In this document: positions 18,407-21,069 of the stretch, piece after piece | Numbering within the stretch: position 1 is the stretch's first letter | How the letters are laid out: each line of letters begins with the position of its first letter | Sequence record: SRR22947725_485 | Reading direction: 5' to 3' (one strand) | DNA length: 21,069 nt | Notes under the pieces: generated by a model | The model's database searches: none | The model's input: the letters and a program-made list of their open reading frames with translations, nothing else | What the model was told of the DNA's origin: nothing | Program-made: the position numbers and the translations under genes

Positions 18407-19044
18407 GCCAATTAGATTCATATATAGCAATAGAAGGCCCTATAGGGGTAGGAAAAACAAGTCTAGCAGAAATGATTGCTGAAAAATTGAATGCTAGAAA
18501 AGTATTTGAAGATTTTAAAGGCAATCCATTTTTAGAAGAATTTTATGAAGATCCAGATAGTAATGCTCTTCAAACTCAAGTATGGTTCTTGTTGCAAAGA
18601 TATCAACAGCAACAGAAAGAAATCAAACAATTAAATGCATTTCAAAAAGGTGTTATTACTGATTATATGTTTGAGAAAGATAGATTATTTGCTGAGTTCA
18701 CATTGCGGTCTCAAGCTGAATTCGAATTGTATTCTAGTGTTGCAGATATTTTAGAAAAAGATATTATTAAGCCAGACATGGTAGTTTATTTACAAGCAGA
18801 TACATCTCGATTAATGAAAAATATCAAGCAACGAGGACGTGATTTTGAAAAAGGCGTTACAACTGAATATATCAATCAGGTAAATGAGAAGTATCAAGAA
18901 TTCTTTGTGAATTATGACGAAAGACCTCTCTTAGTCATCAATGCCAACAATATTGATTTCGTTAATAATTCTGAAGATTTTGAGAATTTATTAGAGGTGA
19001 TTCAGGAGCCTGCTAAGGGAAGAAGATATTTTAATCCCTCATAA
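18403..19044 (+). CDS. Deoxynucleoside kinase (dAK/dGK family)
   Basis: IAIEGPIGVGKTSL P-loop, NPFLEEFY, FLLQRYQQ, PDMVVYLQA and IKQRGRDFE. ATGA overlap with folK. Confidence 0.92.
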   Translation: MSQLDSYIAIEGPIGVGKTSLAEMIAEKLNARKVFEDFKGNPFLEEFYEDPDSNALQTQVWFLLQRYQQQQKEIKQLNAFQKGVITDYMFEKDRLFAEFTLRSQAEFELYSSVADILEKDIIKPDMVVYLQADTSRLMKNIKQRGRDFEKGVTTEYINQVNEKYQEFFVNYDERPLLVINANNIDFVNNSEDFENLLEVIQEPAKGRRYFNPS

Positions 19045-19047
19045 ATT

Positions 19048-19191
19048 ATGATGAAATGGATAATAGCAGCTGGTGTACTATTTATGGTATATAGATTTTT
19101 TAATAAACAAGAAACTATATCTACAATAAAAAAAGATACAAAAATAGATTATAAAAAAGTAAAAGATGCGGAGTTTGAAGATCATGAATAG
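19048..19191 (+). CDS. Small single-pass membrane protein (47 aa) with a C-terminal DAEFE motif, not in the ORF track
   Basis: MMKWIIAAGVLFMVYRFFNKQETISTIKKDTKIDYKKVKDAEFEDHE. Starts 3 nt after the kinase stop, and its stop overlaps the next ATG at 19184, so it fills the gap exactly. Confidence 0.75.
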   Translation: MMKWIIAAGVLFMVYRFFNKQETISTIKKDTKIDYKKVKDAEFEDHE

Positions 19192-19798
19192 ATATATATC
19201 ATCATTTTTTTTAATTAAAACTGCGGTAAAGCTAGTAATAGCATTGGCATTTTCTTCGTCACTATTTAGTCAAGAAAAATCCAATAATCTTAATTTTATG
19301 TTTACGAATAATGGTTATGGATTTGGATATGAATTTGAAAAATTTTCTAAAGAAAATTTATCTATCGGAGCTGATTTAAGATTTTATGATATCAGAAGTG
19401 ATGAGTATCCAGTTTATGACCCTTTCTTCAATCAATATAAGGTTATAGGAGAAAAAAATATTACAATGCTTCCTCTGTACTTTAGATTGAATTATTATCC
19501 ATTTCAAGGAAAGATTGCAAATAATTTTGAGCCATACATACTTTTTGCTATGGGTCCAATGATATCAATTGATGGGGATGAAAGTATAAGAAGTTTTTCA
19601 AAAAGATGGTCTGAAGCAGATACTCAAATTAGTCCAGGAGGATCTATAGGTTTTGGAATAAACTTTAATACCAATACTTCAAATACTCTTTCATTTGGAT
19701 TGGGATATGATTATTTAAAAGTAAAAGAACCTATTCATAGTAAGAAGGATTATGGTGGAGCTTTTCTGTATTTAAAGTATAAGATAAATCGTGAGTAA
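19184..19798 (+). CDS. Putative outer-membrane beta-barrel protein
   Basis: Signal-like N-terminus ending SSSLFS-Q. Alternating aromatic/Gly strands (GYGFGYEFE, LSIGADLRFY, LPLYFRLNYY, FEPYILFAMG, GGSIGFGINF, LSFGLGYDY) and a terminal strand GAFLYLKYKI. The ATG at 19184 is preferred over 19166. Confidence 0.65.
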   Translation: MNRYISSFFLIKTAVKLVIALAFSSSLFSQEKSNNLNFMFTNNGYGFGYEFEKFSKENLSIGADLRFYDIRSDEYPVYDPFFNQYKVIGEKNITMLPLYFRLNYYPFQGKIANNFEPYILFAMGPMISIDGDESIRSFSKRWSEADTQISPGGSIGFGINFNTNTSNTLSFGLGYDYLKVKEPIHSKKDYGGAFLYLKYKINRE

Positions 19799-20519
19799 GT
19801 TTTCTTTTGTAGATAAAGCTAATATTCAAAATAATAATTTTTTTTTGGATAAAGATGAATCTCATCATTTAATCAATGTATTAAGGTTTAAGGTAGATTC
19901 TACTATATGGCTTACTGATGGTGAGGGTGGTACTTATCATTGCCGGATAGATAATTTTACAAATAAAAATATAGTAGAGGGTTCAGTGATAGAGTCTTAT
20001 GTGAATCAGAATGAACTAAGCTACCATATTCATCTAGGTCTACCAATTATCAAGAATTCTAGAATGAAAATTGCAGTAGAAAAATCTGTAGAATCGGGAA
20101 TTAAAGAACTAACTCCGCTTTATTTAGATAGATCTATAAAATCAACAGTTTCTGCACAAAAAATGACTTCTGTTATGCGTTCAGGTGTTAAGCAATCTAT
20201 GAGAAGTATAATCCCAAAAATAAATTCGGTTTCAAAGCTAGAGCAATGGTATGATTCGGAAGCATTGAATGTTGTTGCTTCAATTGAAGCCGAAGATACT
20301 TTAACCTTTTTTAAAGATGAAGTTATTAGCGCTGTGAATGCTAATAAAAAAATTGCTATTCTAATAGGCCCTGAAGGTGGATTTTCTTTGAAAGAAAAAG
20401 AGTTTATTAATGACAATAAATTCCTTAAAGTTAGTGTTGCTAAGGCAGTGTTGAGAGCAGAAACAGCAGTGGTATCGATTTTATCGATTTTAAATGAATT
20501 AATGGTACAATATGAGTAA
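19791..20519 (+). CDS. rsmE: 16S rRNA m3U1498 methyltransferase RsmE
   Basis: HHLINVLR, AVEKSVESG, KQSMRS, LIGPEGGFS and VLRAETA. GTG start overlapping the previous stop. Confidence 0.93.
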   Translation: MSKFSFVDKANIQNNNFFLDKDESHHLINVLRFKVDSTIWLTDGEGGTYHCRIDNFTNKNIVEGSVIESYVNQNELSYHIHLGLPIIKNSRMKIAVEKSVESGIKELTPLYLDRSIKSTVSAQKMTSVMRSGVKQSMRSIIPKINSVSKLEQWYDSEALNVVASIEAEDTLTFFKDEVISAVNANKKIAILIGPEGGFSLKEKEFINDNKFLKVSVAKAVLRAETAVVSILSILNELMVQYE

Positions 20520-20856
20520 AACAATTTTTCAGCAAATTATAAAAAAAGAGATTCCATCTACAATTCTTTATGAGGATAACGATGTAATTGCAATTGAGGA
20601 TATCAATCCTGTTGCTCCAGTACATGCACTCATTATACCTAAAAAGTGTATTGAAACATTAAATGATTTAAGTGAAAAAGATGTCAATATTGTAGCAAAG
20701 ATGATATCGGTAGCAAAGAACCTTGCCAAAGAATTAAAAATCGATCAATCAGGTTATCGAACAATATTTAATTGTAATGATGATGGGGGTCAGACTGTTT
20801 ACCATATTCACCTTCATTTAATTGGTGGAAGAAAATTGAATTGGCCACCAGGATAA
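20512..20856 (+). CDS. hinT: Histidine triad nucleotide-binding protein (HinT/HIT family)
   Basis: TIFQQII, DINPVAPVHALIIPK and GGQTVYHIHLHLIGGR...WPPG. Confidence 0.93.
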   Translation: MSKTIFQQIIKKEIPSTILYEDNDVIAIEDINPVAPVHALIIPKKCIETLNDLSEKDVNIVAKMISVAKNLAKELKIDQSGYRTIFNCNDDGGQTVYHIHLHLIGGRKLNWPPG

Positions 20857-20860
20857 AATT

Positions 20861-21069
20861 ATGCATATTTCAAAATTAGAATTATTTGGATTTAAATCTT
20901 TTGCAAAAAAACAAACTATACTATTAGATAGTGGAGTAACGGGAATAGTTGGGCCTAATGGTTGCGGTAAAACAAATATTGTAGATGCTATTAGGTGGGT
21001 ATTAGGAGAACAAAAGACATCAAGATTGAGAAGTTCTAAAATGGAAGATGTGATATTTAATGGAGCTTC
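20861..21069 (+). CDS. smc: Chromosome segregation protein SMC, N-terminus (3'-truncated by the window edge)
   Basis: My translation gives MHISKLELFGFKSFAKK...GVTGIVGPNGCGKTNIVDAIRWVLGEQKTSRLRSSKMEDVIFNGA, the canonical SMC N-terminal signature with Walker A. Confidence 0.93.
   Translation, partial: MHISKLELFGFKSFAKKQTILLDSGVTGIVGPNGCGKTNIVDAIRWVLGEQKTSRLRSSKMEDVIFNGA

Overview
AT-rich (roughly 30% GC by eye), densely packed bacterial chromosome segment, almost all on the + strand. Long three-domain IspG, SMC, DAP-type MurE, a likely outer-membrane barrel and streamlined packing suggest a diderm FCB-group bacterium such as Marinimicrobia/SAR406 (inference only). Gene order: 3' part of an acyclic-terpene-utilisation cluster (atuA-atuC-atuE-atuD like), a ~210-bp intergenic region with a direct repeat and alternative stems, tRNA-fMet, M19 dipeptidase, rlmB-like (minus strand), arfB, an unknown exported protein, a short dcw fragment (murE-murF-mraY) running into ispG, an unannotated 46-aa glycine-zipper membrane protein, mscS, dut, groES-groEL, folB-folK-deoxynucleoside kinase, an unannotated 47-aa membrane-anchored protein, a beta-barrel candidate, rsmE, a HIT protein and the start of smc. 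I found no mobile element, Cas gene or true CRISPR array, and no complete novel system can be demonstrated from this window. Best leads: (1) a dUTPase that looks Plasmodium/giant-virus-like rather than typically bacterial, (2) the repeat/hairpin element between atuD and the tRNA, (3) two small ORFs missed by the ORF track, and (4) an orphan exported protein occupying the slot upstream of murE.
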